Below, one piece after another: positions 26,799 to 39,870 of a DNA stretch of 64,000 bases (positions within the stretch are counted from its first letter, which is position 1; each line of letters begins with the position of its first letter). Source of the DNA: Octopus sinensis (lineage: Eukaryota); contig NC_042999.1 of the NCBI RefSeq assembly GCF_006345805.1, positions 32,612,001 through 32,676,000 of the forward strand, read 5' to 3'. The translations under genes were made by a program, and so were the position numbers. Under the pieces are notes generated by a model. That model saw only the letters and a list, made by a program, of their open reading frames with translations, made no database searches and was not told the DNA's origin.

Positions 26799-27038
26799 AT
26801 CTATTCCACTTCAATTGCTATCGCAAACACCAGTAGCTTTTTTCAACCGAATACACGTCGTTGATTGGTTGAAATCACACAAATACTGCACCTTCAACAA
26901 GAAATATCTTCTACAATGGGAAATTTTGACAAAATCGTTTAGAGTAAACCGTGTTCTACATGAGAAATTCTACCAGTATTCGAAGTTTTAAACTGTTTAG
27001 TTAACAAAAATTAATTCTGTAATTGAAATGGAATAGAT
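26799..27038. mobile_element. Possible MITE with 18-bp inverted ends
   Basis: ATCTATTCCACTTCAATT / AATTGAAATGGAATAGAT, 1 mismatch; no TSD recognised. Confidence 0.3.
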
Positions 27039-27184
27039 CCCTAAAATTTTGTTTTTTTACTTAATGCAACATTTGAGAAGGAAACTTTGTTAAGCATTTT
27101 TTTCCCGCGATGATAAGAATTATTATATGTGTGATTTTGTTGAAAATTATGAATTCTAGTAATTCACCCTAACAAAAATAATAA

Positions 27185-27372
27185 AGAATTTAAATTTTGG
27201 CACAGGGCAAGCAAGTTGGGGAGAAAGAGTAAGTCAATTACATCGATCCCAGTGATGAACAGGTACTTATTTTATCGACCCCAAATAGAAGAAATGCCAA
27301 GTTTACCTCGGCGAAATTTGACCCAAGAACGTCAAGACAGACGAAATGCTGCTAAGCATTTTACTCCGCGTG
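27185..27372 (-). mobile_element. SINE family A, degenerate
   Basis: GTACTTATTTTATCGACCCC..CCTCGGCGAAATTTGA core. Confidence 0.7.
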
Positions 27373-29532
27373 ATACACACAAGAAAATTGATAAAAAACA
27401 CATTGAAGACACAAGGCTGTTGCATCAACTCATGCAACAAGATATTGATAATGATAATGACGTCAACAGGTAAAACAAAAGGGAGAGTGATGATTATTAT
27501 GATTAACATCGGTAGAATGGCTGGTATATATAAAGTTATTTATCTCTTGGTGTAGGCGTCTTTCAACAGCTGAATGTGTTTTTCATTGGGAAATCCTATA
27601 CTAGTGACGCCTAGAATGGAGAAATTTTTATGCTACTTGTCAATAACAATTATCAATTATTGTTCTCCATAAATAATGACAGCAACAAGCGCAAATAATA
27701 AAACCACTACGTGATTACTCCATCAACTGTTAGCTTCAGATCACCTGCTAGCATCTTTAAAATGAAATTTATTTTACGCTGCACAATGTGGTATATAAGC
27801 TAACCGTATGTCTGTAAACATGGAACGACCATAGTTGAAGCAGTTTTAGTCGGAGGTCTGCTACATTAGAGCTTGCTACGAAACAACAATAACAAAAATA
27901 AGAATACTAACAGCTAGAGAGAAACAATAAAATATTTGATAATATTGAAATAACTTGCAGTTGTGAGGCATAAGCTTAAATCTCTTTAGACATGAATATA
28001 TTAAAACCACACTATACATACTATACATAACTGCCCCAACATTCATACTAATCCACAACGCTTTAATTTTAAAATACGCACGACAAAAACGCGTACGTAC
28101 GCGACTGAGCACACTAAAATTACGACTGTAATAATTTCATAGGTGGTAAGAAATTTTTTTTTAAAATGCTTTAATTTTTATAAGTATAATGAAATGAGAG
28201 ACAAATTATACTTTCTCAAGACAGAAAACTTAATACAGAAACCGAAATGTATGGTGGTTAAATTAACACTTAGCTTATCAGAAAATATGATAATAAACCA
28301 CTGACATTAGTTTCACAGGTACAACAAATCTATAAAAAGAACAACGACGAAGTTTGATATGTTTTTAAGAAAAGGTAAAACTAGTGAATTTGTGGATACA
28401 TTTGGGATTTAGGAAGTCTCGGCGTATATACACAGTGTTTCTGCTCTCTGAGTTCAAAAACAGTTAAGCGTACCTTTGTTTTCCATCCTTTCAGATTCGA
28501 TAATAAACTACTAATCTACTGTTGTAGTTTCGTGGAAAATAAGAGTGCTATAGAAGATGCCTTCTCTCATACAAACTGGACAACAGTATCCTAATAGCAA
28601 CCCTCTTAGGTGACAGTGGTGTCGACCTGCAGTAAGAGTATTTAGCAAAAGGCGCTCCGTTCTTGAAAAAGGAGGATACCTTAAAATAAAAATAGCCTTG
28701 CCGAGGCCAGCGTATATAGTTCCAGGTCAGCAACAGGTAAGAACAGTACTTGAAGGAAAAAATATCGGTGAATCAACGAAGAGCGGTAATAATTTCATCC
28801 TTAAGTGGACGAGAATTCAAGATGCATAAAGTTGCATCTGAATATAACTCAAGCAATAACTTTTCCTGACACTTTTGCTTCAAATCACGTCTTGGAAACA
28901 AATGAATGACAAACAACTGAACTATGAGAACAAATATAGTAAAACTTGCAAACTTCATGCCTCAAGTCAACGGAATCAATCATGAAGCTGGCCCCGCCGC
29001 CTTCCATTAACGTGGAAGGAAGGGCTGTGTTTATATGCCTGGAGGCCATGACGAAAAGATTGTATGGTGCATGAGATTGAAGAGGCTGAAGACGAACACT
29101 TTTCTCTTCAGCCAATTCCTGATCCACTTCTTCAAGTTTGTCTAGAAAAGGAAAGTAAGAGTAGAACGGGAATTGTTGTCTTGTGGCCATTTTGCTGAAA
29201 GGTGTGTAAAAGTCGCGAGAATCTTACGAGTGAACGGGCCTGGATTCAGCATACACCTGTAGTTGATTAAAAAATGAACGGGAAACGGGAACCTGCCCTA
29301 AAAGTCAGGGTACCCATGGATTTTCTATGGATGTTTTCCATGAGCATCCCTCGAAGTGTCCTCTCTATTCATGAGTTTTCTTTCTTTTTTTATAACTTTG
29401 TTTCGTTTACACACAAAACCCTCACAACGCACACTCACACACATACGCACACACATTCTTTGTTTTGTCCTGTACTGTCCATAATATTATTATTTAAAGT
29501 AAACCCTTGTCGTTGATAAAGAAAACATTATT

Positions 29533-29599
<67 letters not shown>

Positions 29600-29603
<4 letters not shown>

Positions 29604-31385
29604 ACATTTGTACTCTTAGGCGAATTTCTAATACATCGCTTGCTACACCTACGTGCAGCTGAGGTGTGGGCAGCATTGGGGTGGGGCACAAACTGTTCCT
29701 AGTATTGTATAGCATCAGCACGTTTTATGGCATATTGAGGTATTTGTGTTTGTATTGTGCTATTAGTGCTTGTATTGTTTGCTGCGTGTTGAAAGGGGAT
29801 TTTGTTCTTGCTATATGACCTACTGAGTGCAGTTTGTGTGGATGTTATTTTATTGGATATTTACTGTTCTGAATGAGTCTTGTCGTTATAGTTTCTTTTA
29901 TATTTGCACTGTTAATGCCTTGGGTAGGTTGTGGGCCGTTTCTAGCAGGGCTATTTTTGTGGATAGTGTGCGGTGTTGGGGTTCCACTTATAGCTCCTAC
30001 GATTTTTTCTATGCATATCATACTCGATTTCCCAGCTATTACTGGTATTGTAGTTCCCTTCCTGCCCCCTTACATCAATACTTCAATTTCGAGATATTTG
30101 TACTTAGACAAATTCTTCGCTTTTTTATGGCAATATTTCGGGCAGAAAAGATTGCGATGTCTATCAAGTAAGCAGTTGTTTTCCCAATCTTTAAGGCTTA
30201 TGTCTTGGCGATTACCTTTGATTTCGTACTCAGTTGTTTTTACGTTGTATTTTTGGTGTGTTGCTCATTCTATATTACTATTTACTTGGTAATGTTTCCA
30301 TATTTAATCATATTTGGGTAAGCCTGGGCAGCCAGAGATAATGTGGTCAACTGCCTCAGTGTGCTGGTTGCACATTCTGAATTTTGTATAAGGGCCTGTT
30401 TTCATTATTTTGCTGGCACAGTAGCTTGCAGTCATGCATTAGTCTTGTGCAAAAGAGTGTCGGGCTTTCCGTTTCTGCTTTTAGTTCGATGAACTTGAGC
30501 CACCGTTGTTTCTTTACCGAGGCTCAGAGTATTGAACGTGGATTTATTTTTCTCTCCAATTCTTCCTTAATATGTTATATAGTTCTGTTTCCGCGTTGTC
30601 TTTAAAATTTTTTAAACTTTGTCTATGTTCTAATCAGAGATCCGTGTAGTGTTATTTCCCTTTGTATTCTTGTCGCCCCCTTATGTATTGAGAAAATCGT
30701 TTTCATTTTTGTTTCGAGCTGCTTTATTACACATTGTAGGGGTTAACGTTTGGTTTCTAAGAATTTTTCTACTTCAACTTTTGTTGCTTTACTGTAGTGC
30801 TCTATCTGTATTAGACTGAGATCACCTTCTGAACGGGATAGATATATTCTGATTGTGTCTGCTTTGGGGAAGTGACTTCGGTATGCTGTTAATAGTTTTC
30901 TAGTTTTTCTATATCTAAGTCTCTCAATTCACTAATTTTCTATTTTATTACGGTGAAGGTATATTTTATGATTCTTATGTGTATCCCAATTATCTTAATT
31001 TTAGTCTTCCTCTTGAGTAATATACACGTCTACGTTCCTTTTTCACTCCTCTGTTGCACTTTAGATATTTCGTCTATTTCTAGATATTTGTATGGAAAAT
31101 TGTGGTCTAATCTCTGATTCATGTCTCTGTGGAGAGCAATGATTTTGATTCTGGTTAACTTGATTCTTTTCAGTGTCACTTTGGAAAGTTTATCCAATCT
31201 CTTATGATTAGAACGCCATTGCATACTAATTTAGTTAGCAGGCATTCTGTCTTCAAGTTTAGAGACAACAAGTGTCACTAAATAGGAAGAATAACTCTTA
31301 GAATTCTTGCAGAGTATATACTGGTACTTTTTCTGAAAGCTGACAATGCGAATTTCAATTCTAATTTCTTTCATACTTTTAGGTA
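29600..31385 (-). mobile_element. Diverged R4/Dong-type RLE LINE fragment (second subfamily)
   Basis: Minus translation gives LIDIAI..NIAIKK..LSKYKYLEIEV and DHIIS..PGLPKY; (ATT)n at 29530-29600 and 31405-31490 on either side. Confidence 0.7.
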
Positions 31386-31401
31386 GCATCTGGGGTGTTG
31401 T

Positions 31402-31489
<88 letters not shown>

Positions 31490-31493
<4 letters not shown>

Positions 31494-32065
31494 TAGTTTT
31501 ATCTTTATAGCGTTCTTTCACTTCACTACCGAGCGCAGCTCTGTGTGCCTTGGGTATGTGCTGTAATTTGTTATGATGCACTGATGGTTATTGTATGGAA
31601 GGTGTTCTGCGTAGGATGTGTGCAGTGCCTAGTAGTGCAATTTTCTGTATGTTATATGTGTTTGTAACTCATGGTGTTTTTGTTATGTATTTGTCTGAAT
31701 ATTTTTTTATCATGCCTAATGCACCTACTATGATAGGAATTGTTTCTGTTTTTCGATTCCACATTCTGGTTACCTCTATTTCCAGGTCTTTGTATTTTGA
31801 AAGTTTCTCCATTTCTTTTAGAGACACGTTGTCATCTGCTGGTATTGATACATCAGTTAGAAAGCATTTATTTCTGACAACTATATCTGGTCTGTTGGCC
31901 TTAATTTCTCTATCTGTGTGTATCGGCATATCCCAGAATATCTGGTGTGTGCCTATACCATTTTTTTCTGTTGTTATTCCATAATGTTGGCAAAGTTTCC
32001 AGTGTATGTAGGTCCCAACTCTGTCATGTCTGTGAATATATTCCTTCTTAGCCAGATTATTGTTA
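31490..32065 (-). mobile_element. 3' fragment of the young R4/Dong LINE with internal deletions
   Basis: LAKKEYIHRHDRVG..ANRPDIVV..DVSIPADD; nearly identical to 52410-53025; flanked by (ATT)n. Confidence 0.92.
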
Positions 32066-32071
32066 TTATTA

Positions 32072-32129
<58 letters not shown>

Positions 32130-32301
32130 GATTATTATTATCCTCATAACTTTTAAGTCTGACACACATTCTATGGGTCAATTTTTCCGAACCGCTAAGT
32201 CACGAGAATATAACGAAACCGATACTGATTTGCAAGTGTTCTGGGGTTACAGAACAAATAGAAGCACAAAGGCACGTGTATACATGTGTATGCATGTATG
32301 C

Positions 32302-32332
<31 letters not shown>

Positions 32333-32350
32333 TATATATATATATATATA

Positions 32351-32920
32351 TGTATAAGTTCAGTAAAATTTAGATTCAATTGAATATAGTACTTAAGTTA
32401 AAGGCACCAGAATTTAATATGGTATTATCCATATAATTCGAAATGGGGTGATAACAATCAAAATAAGCAACAAGGATATCCAGATGTAATGCAGTACGAT
32501 CGTCTCATGCGACTCCATTTAATTGAACACTGCAAATATTACATCAGTTTTAAGATGTAGAGCAATCTTCAACTGCATAAAAATGTAGAATTTAGTTAAA
32601 GTCAAAGGATTCATTTGTATAGTTATTCTATTAACCAACATCACAAACAGGATAAGTAGATAGACAGGAGTTCAGGTGTCCTCTTGGCTCATGTCCTTTG
32701 TCTATCTACTCATCCTCTTTGTGATGTTGCTTAATAGAATAACTATAAAAATGAATCCGTTGACTTTAACTAAATCCTACATTTTTATGCAGCTGAAGAT
32801 TGCTCTACATTTTAAAACTGATGTAATATTTGCATTGTTCAATTAAATTGAGTCGCATGAAACGATCGTAATGCATTACCTTTGAATATCCTTGTTGCTT
32901 ATTTTGATATATATATCTAT

Positions 32921-32951
<31 letters not shown>

Positions 32952-33530
32952 CTATATATATATATATATATGTATAAGTTCAGTAAAATTTAGATTCAAT
33001 TGAATATAGTACTTAAGTTAAAGGCACCAGAATTTAATATGGTATTATCCATATAATTCGAAATGGGGTGATAACAATCAAAATAAGCAACAAGGATATC
33101 CAGATGTAATGCAGTACGATCGTCTCATGCGACTCCATTTAATTGAACACTGCAAATATTACATCAGTTTTAAGATGTAGAGCAATCTTCAACTGCATAA
33201 AAATGTAGAATTTAGTTAAAGTCAAAGGATTCATTTGTATAGTTATTCTATTAACCAACATCACAAACAGGATAAGTAGATAGACAGGAGTTCAGGTGTC
33301 CTCTTGGCTCATGTCCTTTGTCTATCTACTCATCCTCTTTGTGATGTTGCTTAATAGAATAACTATAAAAATGAATCCGTTGACTTTAACTAAATCCTAC
33401 ATTTTTATGCAGCTGAAGATTGCTCTACATTTTAAAACTGATGTAATATTTGCATTGTTCAATTAAATTGAGTCGCATGAAACGATCGTAATGCATTACC
33501 TTTGAATATCCTTGTTGCTTATTTTGATAT
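32351..33530. repeat. Tandem pair (620-bp period) of 452-bp fold-back elements, 32457-32908 and 33077-33528
   Basis: Arms ATCAAAATAAGCAACAAGG.. / ..CCTTGTTGCTTATTTTGAT pair along ~210 bp with scattered mismatches; the two copies look identical and are separated by (TA)n. Confidence 0.92.
32787..32876 (+). ncRNA. Hammerhead-like motif in right arm of fold-back (also at 33407-33496)
   Basis: ATGCAG-CTGAAGA-..-GAAA-CGATCG-TA-ATGCAT; the opposite arm supplies a perfect stem I (ATGCAG/CTGCAT). Confidence 0.55.
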
Positions 33531-33564
33531 ATATATATCTATATATATATATATATATATATAC

Positions 33565-33802
33565 ATATATAAATAAATGCACACTATTAAGGCCTAATCA
33601 GGCTCATGGACCCGGTTTCCCGGTTTCTATGACGTATGTGTTCCCCGGCTGGATGGGACGCCAGTCCATCGCAGCGTTACTTATTTGTGCCAGCTGAGTG
33701 GACTGGAGCAACGTGAAATGAAGTGCTTTGCTCAAGAACACAACGCTTCACCTGGTCCAGGAATCTTACGATCATAGTGTTGACACTAAGCCTCGTGCCT
33801 CC
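33565..33802 (-). mobile_element. SINE family D
   Basis: Degenerate tRNA head followed by TGTGTTCTTGAGCAAAGCACTTCATTTCACGTTGCTCCAG, shared with 49705-49890. Confidence 0.75.
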
Positions 33803-34149
33803 ACGCATATATATATATATATGTGTGCGTGTGTGTATGTGTGTGTGTGTATGTGTGTGTGCATATATATGTATGTATATACGTGTGTTTGTATATGTTA
33901 TATGTATATATATTATATATATATATATATATGTAGATATACGTATAATCATATACATGTATGTTCGTGTGTATATATATGTATATGTACGTCTGTGTTT
34001 GTTGAATAAAATGAAGCAACAAAGCCAAGGCAGGGCGAAATTTCTAGGACATTTATAAAGAAAGAGGTAGTCTTACAGCTGTTTCATGGATATAAATGAT
34101 ATCATATTATCAGAGACGAAATAAGAAAGTTAAACAAGGAAATAGTAGA

Positions 34150-35050
34150 GTTCAATATTGGAAGTTAATTTGGGTAGGGAGAGATATAGGTAGTATAATG
34201 GAAAATTCGAGAGATAGAATTAAAAATTTATATGTTGCATGTTACAGTCCCGTTATCCATAATGCTGTGTAGAATGACTAAAGTAGCTTCTTGCCCATCG
34301 TGTGTAAATTTCGATAGGAGTTAATATTTTGCTGTTATAAATGGATGGTGTACAGATATTAATTCCAAGTACTGTTAATTCAAAGGGAGCTTATAGTGCA
34401 AATGAAATTTTGAGAATACAATGATAGTGGGAAGTAGATATAGAGAAGAGTATAGATAAGCATGTTAGCTGGAAGAAAAATGGTATTGGTCAAAAGGATT
34501 GGGGAAGAAAGAAGTAAGAAAGCAAGAAAGATAGAAAGTGGAAGAGAAAATGAGAACAGGAGTGCTATATATGGTCATGATATTATGGGGAGATGGCAGA
34601 AAGAAGAACTATCAGTAGCTAAAAGGAATAGGGGGCTATAGTAGGAAGACATAAGAATGTAAGGAAGAAGAATCTATGAGAAGTGGAACGTGAGGTGATA
34701 CGTTTGAAAGGCACAAAGTTGGGGAGATAGAAAACGAATGCGGTAGATTCTATATTGAGTGAGAAAACGGTATAGAGGATTTGTTTTGGAGTCTAATAAT
34801 ACCATGAACGCCTATGAAGATTTACAAACATACTTCCCCAGTGATAGTCGGTTTACCTACCATTATAAACAATACCAAATGTTTTTTCTCAAACCTTTCA
34901 TAATGTGATACAAGTCTTTGGTGTAGCAACTGCATGCGGCTAAAGAGGGCTTTTGAACTATCTGTTATGTCGATTATGCATTGATGTAAGAATAACGTGT
35001 TCTATAAAGCTCGAAATATATGTACCGCAATATTCTTTGTGTCCTGTTTT
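34150..35050 (-). mobile_element. Highly degenerate Penelope-like GIY-YIG region
   Basis: Broken-frame similarity to the PLE C-terminus (..CSCYTKDLYHIMK, GEVCL, INSTWN, RNLHTMGKKLL); similar layout to 42715-43400. Confidence 0.4.
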
Positions 35051-35068
35051 TCATTTATTTCATTTGAT

Positions 35069-35116
<48 letters not shown>

Positions 35117-35164
35117 TATATATAATATAATATATATATATATAACATAATGCATATATATATA

Positions 35165-35223
<59 letters not shown>

Positions 35224-35237
35224 TATATATAATATAA

Positions 35238-35620
35238 TCTCTCTATATATAAACGTCAGTTTGTCTGTGTGTGTTCTGTGTGTCTGTTAGGTTGTACCCT
35301 CACCCTGACCACGGCTTTCAACCGATTCTGATGAAACTTGACACACACATAGCCCAATGTCATAATTCAAAACTAACGCAGCGAAAATTTTGAATTATGA
35401 CCCCAGATCTGAAAAAATCGATAAATTCGACATGGGGTCGAGAATCAGAAACACAAACCACAGACTGTCTAGGGGACGCAACTCCACCTTTTTAACTCTC
35501 AAAAATAAATTTACCATAATTTTTTTTCCATTTTGTTGCTATTTTTTGGCTATAACTCTCTAAAAATGCTTTATAGTTATTTCCCTTACAAACCCGAGCA
35601 ACGCCGGGCGATACTGCTAG
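35238..35620 (+). mobile_element. Non-autonomous Helitron-like element
   Basis: 5' TCTCTCTATATATAAA, 3' hairpin CCCGAGCAACGCCGGG followed by CTAG at 35617-35620, A/T flanks. Confidence 0.75.
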
Positions 35621-35746
35621 TATAATATATATATGTATCTTGGCTATTGAATAATTTTCACATTACTTTACAGATAAATCTCCTGTATTTACATAATATT
35701 GAGGTCTCTTTCTTTCTTTTGTTATCTTACCATTTTTATCAATATA

Positions 35747-35856
<110 letters not shown>

Positions 35857-35899
35857 AAGTATATGTATATATTTGCTATAAGATCATAACTCAGAAAGA

Positions 35900-36270
35900 G
35901 CATGCCCTAAAGTAAAAAGAGCAGTTGTTTATTTTTTCGTGTGTAACGTAACGAATTTAGAGACATTGGTTTCATATCTACCATGACATAGACCTATCAT
36001 CAGTTTCTCTAAGCAATAATTGTTATCTGCAAAAGATGTTTTTAAATACACAGGAACTCCGATGATAGTTGAAGGAAAATTCCAGTTAATATCATGCCAG
36101 AGGAGTTATCTTCCTTCGCGTGATAGCATGGTTTTCCAATTTCGACATAAGAATTTACCAAAATGTGGACATCTTCCCACGGCTTCCGTCCAGGAGTCCT
36201 GGTGGCCTCCTGGCTCATGTGAGTTCATTAGGATGATACGTCTTTCTACTATACACACTTTACACAGCTT
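35900..36270 (-). mobile_element. Gypsy integrase fragment
   Basis: TPGRKPWEDVHILVNSYVEIGKPCY resembles the P..PWE.VH.D integrase start. Confidence 0.4.
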
Positions 36271-36396
36271 TTCTCTATTACGATAGGGTCCACAAGTTTT
36301 TAATAATTTTTACTTGATATTAAGGTGTGTATGATCGTCGTTTACGCGCAATACGTATGCTGCGAGTGATGTTGCATTGCGTCTTTCCAGCACCCA

Positions 36397-36464
<68 letters not shown>

Positions 36465-36584
36465 CAATTTAGGAATGGCCTGAACAGGCCATTCGTCCAT
36501 CAGAAAGAGCAGCCATAACTCCAACCGCCAAGTTGTGTAATTCGGAAATAAGGTGAAAATTTAAAAACATTTACCCTAATTCAT

Positions 36585-36683
36585 CTTTTATACGATGCAT
36601 CGTTCCGGTGTCTTTAATGATAGACCAGCTTAATTAAATTAAATTAAGCTGGTCTACCATAGGTCACACTTCATCAGTAAAAG
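36585..36683 (-). ncRNA. Type I hammerhead, unit 1 (GAAA changed to GGAA)
   Basis: Same fold as 39871-39968, with A13G in the core. Confidence 0.6.
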
Positions 36684-37058
36684 AAACCTGGGAGAGACGG
36701 ATATACACGAGGCTACTGTATCAATGCCTCGGGAATATCTGTCTTAAAATTTTCAAGACCAACGCATTCGCGCCAAACTTATCGGCAGCAAATATAAACT
36801 GCCGATTCAATCTCAGAATTAGTCAGAAAATTATCAATTAATCAATTTAGGGTAGCAAAAAATTCAGTAAAAATTTATCGCTACCAGCGGCCTAATGAAA
36901 AGAGAAAATAGTCAAAGACTAAATATGTATAAATATAACAATTTAGGAATGGCCTGAACAGGCCATTCGTCCACCAGAAAGAGCAGCCATAACTCCAACC
37001 GCCAAGTAGTGTAATTCGGAAATAAGGTGAAAATTTAAAAACATTTACCCTAATTCAT

Positions 37059-37156
37059 CTTTTTACGATGCATCGTTTCGGTGTCTTTAATGATAGACCA
37101 GCTTAATTAAATTAAATTAAGCTGGTCTACCATAGGTCACACTTCATCAGTAAAAG
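37059..37156 (-). ncRNA. Type I hammerhead, unit 2 (1-nt deletion at cleavage site/stem I)
   Basis: CTGATGA and GAAA intact; CATCGTAAAAAG instead of CATCGTATAAAAG. Confidence 0.6.
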
Positions 37157-37530
37157 AAACCTGGGAGAGACGGATATACACGAGGCTACTGTATCAATGC
37201 CTCGGGAATATCTGTCTTAAAATTTTCAAGACCAACGCATTCGCGCCAAACTTATCGGCAGCAAATATAAATTGCCGATTCAATCTCAGATTAGTCAGAA
37301 AATTATCAATTAATCAATTAGGGTAGCAAAAAATTCAGTAAAAATTTATCGCTACCAGCGGCCTAATGGAAAAGAGAAAATAGTCAAAGACTAAATATGT
37401 ATAAATATAACAATTTAGGAATGGCCTGAACAGGCCATTCGTCCACCAGAAAGAGCAGCCATAACTCCAACCGCCAAGTAGTGTAATTCGGAAGTAAGGT
37501 GAAAATTTAAAAACATTTACCCTAATTCAT

Positions 37531-37628
37531 CTTTTATACGATGCATCGTTTCGGTGTCTTTAATGATAGACCAGCTTAATTAAATTAAATAAGCTGGTCT
37601 ACCATAGGTCACACTTCATCAGTAAAAG
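37531..37628 (-). ncRNA. Type I hammerhead, unit 3
   Basis: Intact CTTTTA-CTGATGA..GAAA-CGATGCATCG-TA-TAAAAG. Confidence 0.8.
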
Positions 37629-38001
37629 AAACCTGGGAGAGACGGATATACACGAGGCTACTGTATCAATGCCTCGGGAATATCTGTCTTAAAATTTTCA
37701 AGACCAACGCATTCGCGCCAAACTTATCGGCAGCAAATATAACTGCCGATTCAATCTCAGAATTAGTCAGAAAATTATCAATTAATCAATTTAGGGTAGC
37801 AAAAAATTCAGTAAAAATTTATCGCTACCAGCGGCCTAATGGAAAAGAGAAAATAGTCAAAGACTAAATATGTATAATATAACAATTTAGGAATGGCCTG
37901 AACAGGCCATTCGTCCACCAGAAAGAGCAGCCATAACTCAACCGCCAAGTTGTGTAATTCGGAAATAAGGTGAAAATTTAAAAACATTTACCCTAATTCA
38001 T

Positions 38002-38100
38002 CTTTTATACGATGCATCGTTCCGGTGTCTTTAATGATAGACCAGCTTAATTAAATTAAATTAAGCTGGTCTACCATAGGTCACACTTCATCAGTAAAAG
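38002..38100 (-). ncRNA. Type I hammerhead, unit 4 (GAAA changed to GGAA)
   Basis: Same variant as unit 1. Confidence 0.6.
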
Positions 38101-38475
38101 AAACCTGGGAGAGACGGATATACACGAGGCTACTGTATCAATGCCTCGGGAATATCTGTCTTAAAATTTTCAAGACCAACGCATTCGCGCCAAACTTATC
38201 GGCAGCAAATATAAACTGCCGATTCAATCTCAGAATTAGTCAGAAAATTATCAATTAATCAATTTAGGGTAGCAAAAAATTCAGTAAAAATTTATCGCTA
38301 CCAGCGGCCTAATGGAAAAGAGAAAATAGTCAAAGACTAAATATGTATAAATATAACAATTAGGAATGGCCTGAACAGGCCATTCGTCCACCAGAAAGAG
38401 CAGCCATAACTCCAACCGCCAAGTAGTGTAATTCGGAAATAAGGTGAAAATTTAAAAACATTTACCCTAATTCAT

Positions 38476-38573
38476 CTTTTATACGATGCATCGTTTCGGT
38501 GTCTTTAATGATAGACCAGCTTATTAAATTAAATTAAGCTGGTCTACCATAGGTCACACTTCATCAGTAAAAG
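38476..38573 (-). ncRNA. Type I hammerhead, unit 5
   Basis: Intact core. Confidence 0.8.
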
Positions 38574-38947
38574 AAACCTGGGAGAGACGGATATACACGA
38601 GGCTACTGTATCAATGCCTCGGGAATATCTGTCTTAAAATTTTCAAGACCAACGCATTCGCGCCAAACTTATCGGCAGCAATATAAATTGCCGATTCAAT
38701 CTCAGAATTAGTCAGAAAATTATCAATTAATCAATTAGGGTAGCAAAAAATTCAGTAAAAATTTATCGCTACCAGCGGCCTAATGGAAAAGAGAAAATAG
38801 TCAAAGACTAAATATGTATAAATATAACAATTTAGGAATGGCCTGAACAGGCCATTCGTCCACCAGAAAGAGCAGCCATAACTCCAACCGCCAAGTAGTG
38901 TAATTCGGAAGTAAGGTGAAAATTTAAAAACATTTACCCTAATTCAT

Positions 38948-39046
38948 CTTTTATACGATGCATCGTTTCGGTGTCTTTAATGATAGACCAGCTTAATTAA
39001 ATTAAATTAAGCTGGTCTACCATAGGTCACACTTCATCAGTAAAAG
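38948..39046 (-). ncRNA. Type I hammerhead, unit 6
   Basis: Intact core. Confidence 0.8.
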
Positions 39047-39422
39047 AAACCTGGGAGAGACGGATATACACGAGGCTACTGTATCAATGCCTCGGGAATA
39101 TCTGTCTTAAAATTTTCAAGACCAACGCATTCGCGCCAAACTTATCGGCAGCAAATATAAACTGCCGATTCAATCTCAGAATTAGTCAGAAAATTATCAA
39201 TTAATCAATTTAGGGTAGCAAAAAATTCAGTAAAAATTTATCGCTACCAGCGGCCTAATGGAAAAGAGAAAATAGTCAAAGACTAAATATGTATAAATAT
39301 AACAATTTAGGAATGGCCTGAACAGGCCATTCGTCCACCAGAAAGAGCAGCCATAACTCCAACCGCCAAGTAGTGTAATTCGGAAATAAGGTGAAAATTT
39401 AAAAACATTTACCCTAATTCAT

Positions 39423-39521
39423 CTTTTATACGATGCATCGTTTCGGTGTCTTTAATGATAGACCAGCTTAATTAAATTAAATTAAGCTGGTCTACCATAG
39501 GTCACACTTCATCAGTAAAAG
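39423..39521 (-). ncRNA. Type I hammerhead, unit 7
   Basis: Intact core. Confidence 0.8.
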
Positions 39522-39870
39522 AAACCTGGGAGAGACGGATATACACGAGGCTACTGTATCAATGCCTCGGGAATATCTGTCTTAAAATTTTCAAGACCAA
39601 CGCATTCGCGCCAAACTTATCGGCAGCAAATATAAACTGCCGATTTAATCTCAGAATTAGTCAGAAAATTATCAATTAATCAATTTAGGATAGCAAAAAA
39701 TTCATTAATTGATTAATTGATAATTTTCTGACTAATTCTGAGATTGAATCGGCAGTTTATATTTGCTGCCGATAAGTTTGGCGCGAATGCGTTGGTCTTG
39801 AAAATTTTAAGACAGATATTCCCGAGGCATTGATACAGTAGCCTCGTGTATATCCGTCTCTCCCAGGTTT

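Noticed and set aside
28090-28103. 14-bp perfect palindrome CGCGTACGTACGCG
   Set aside because: No hammerhead core or TIR context; could be chance.
29827-30292. Hydrophobic 114-139 aa ORFs that look membrane-like
   Set aside because: Antisense to the RLE LINE fragment.
35320-35345. CTGATGAAAC within the Helitron-like element
   Set aside because: No stems I-III; part of a common non-autonomous Helitron internal motif.
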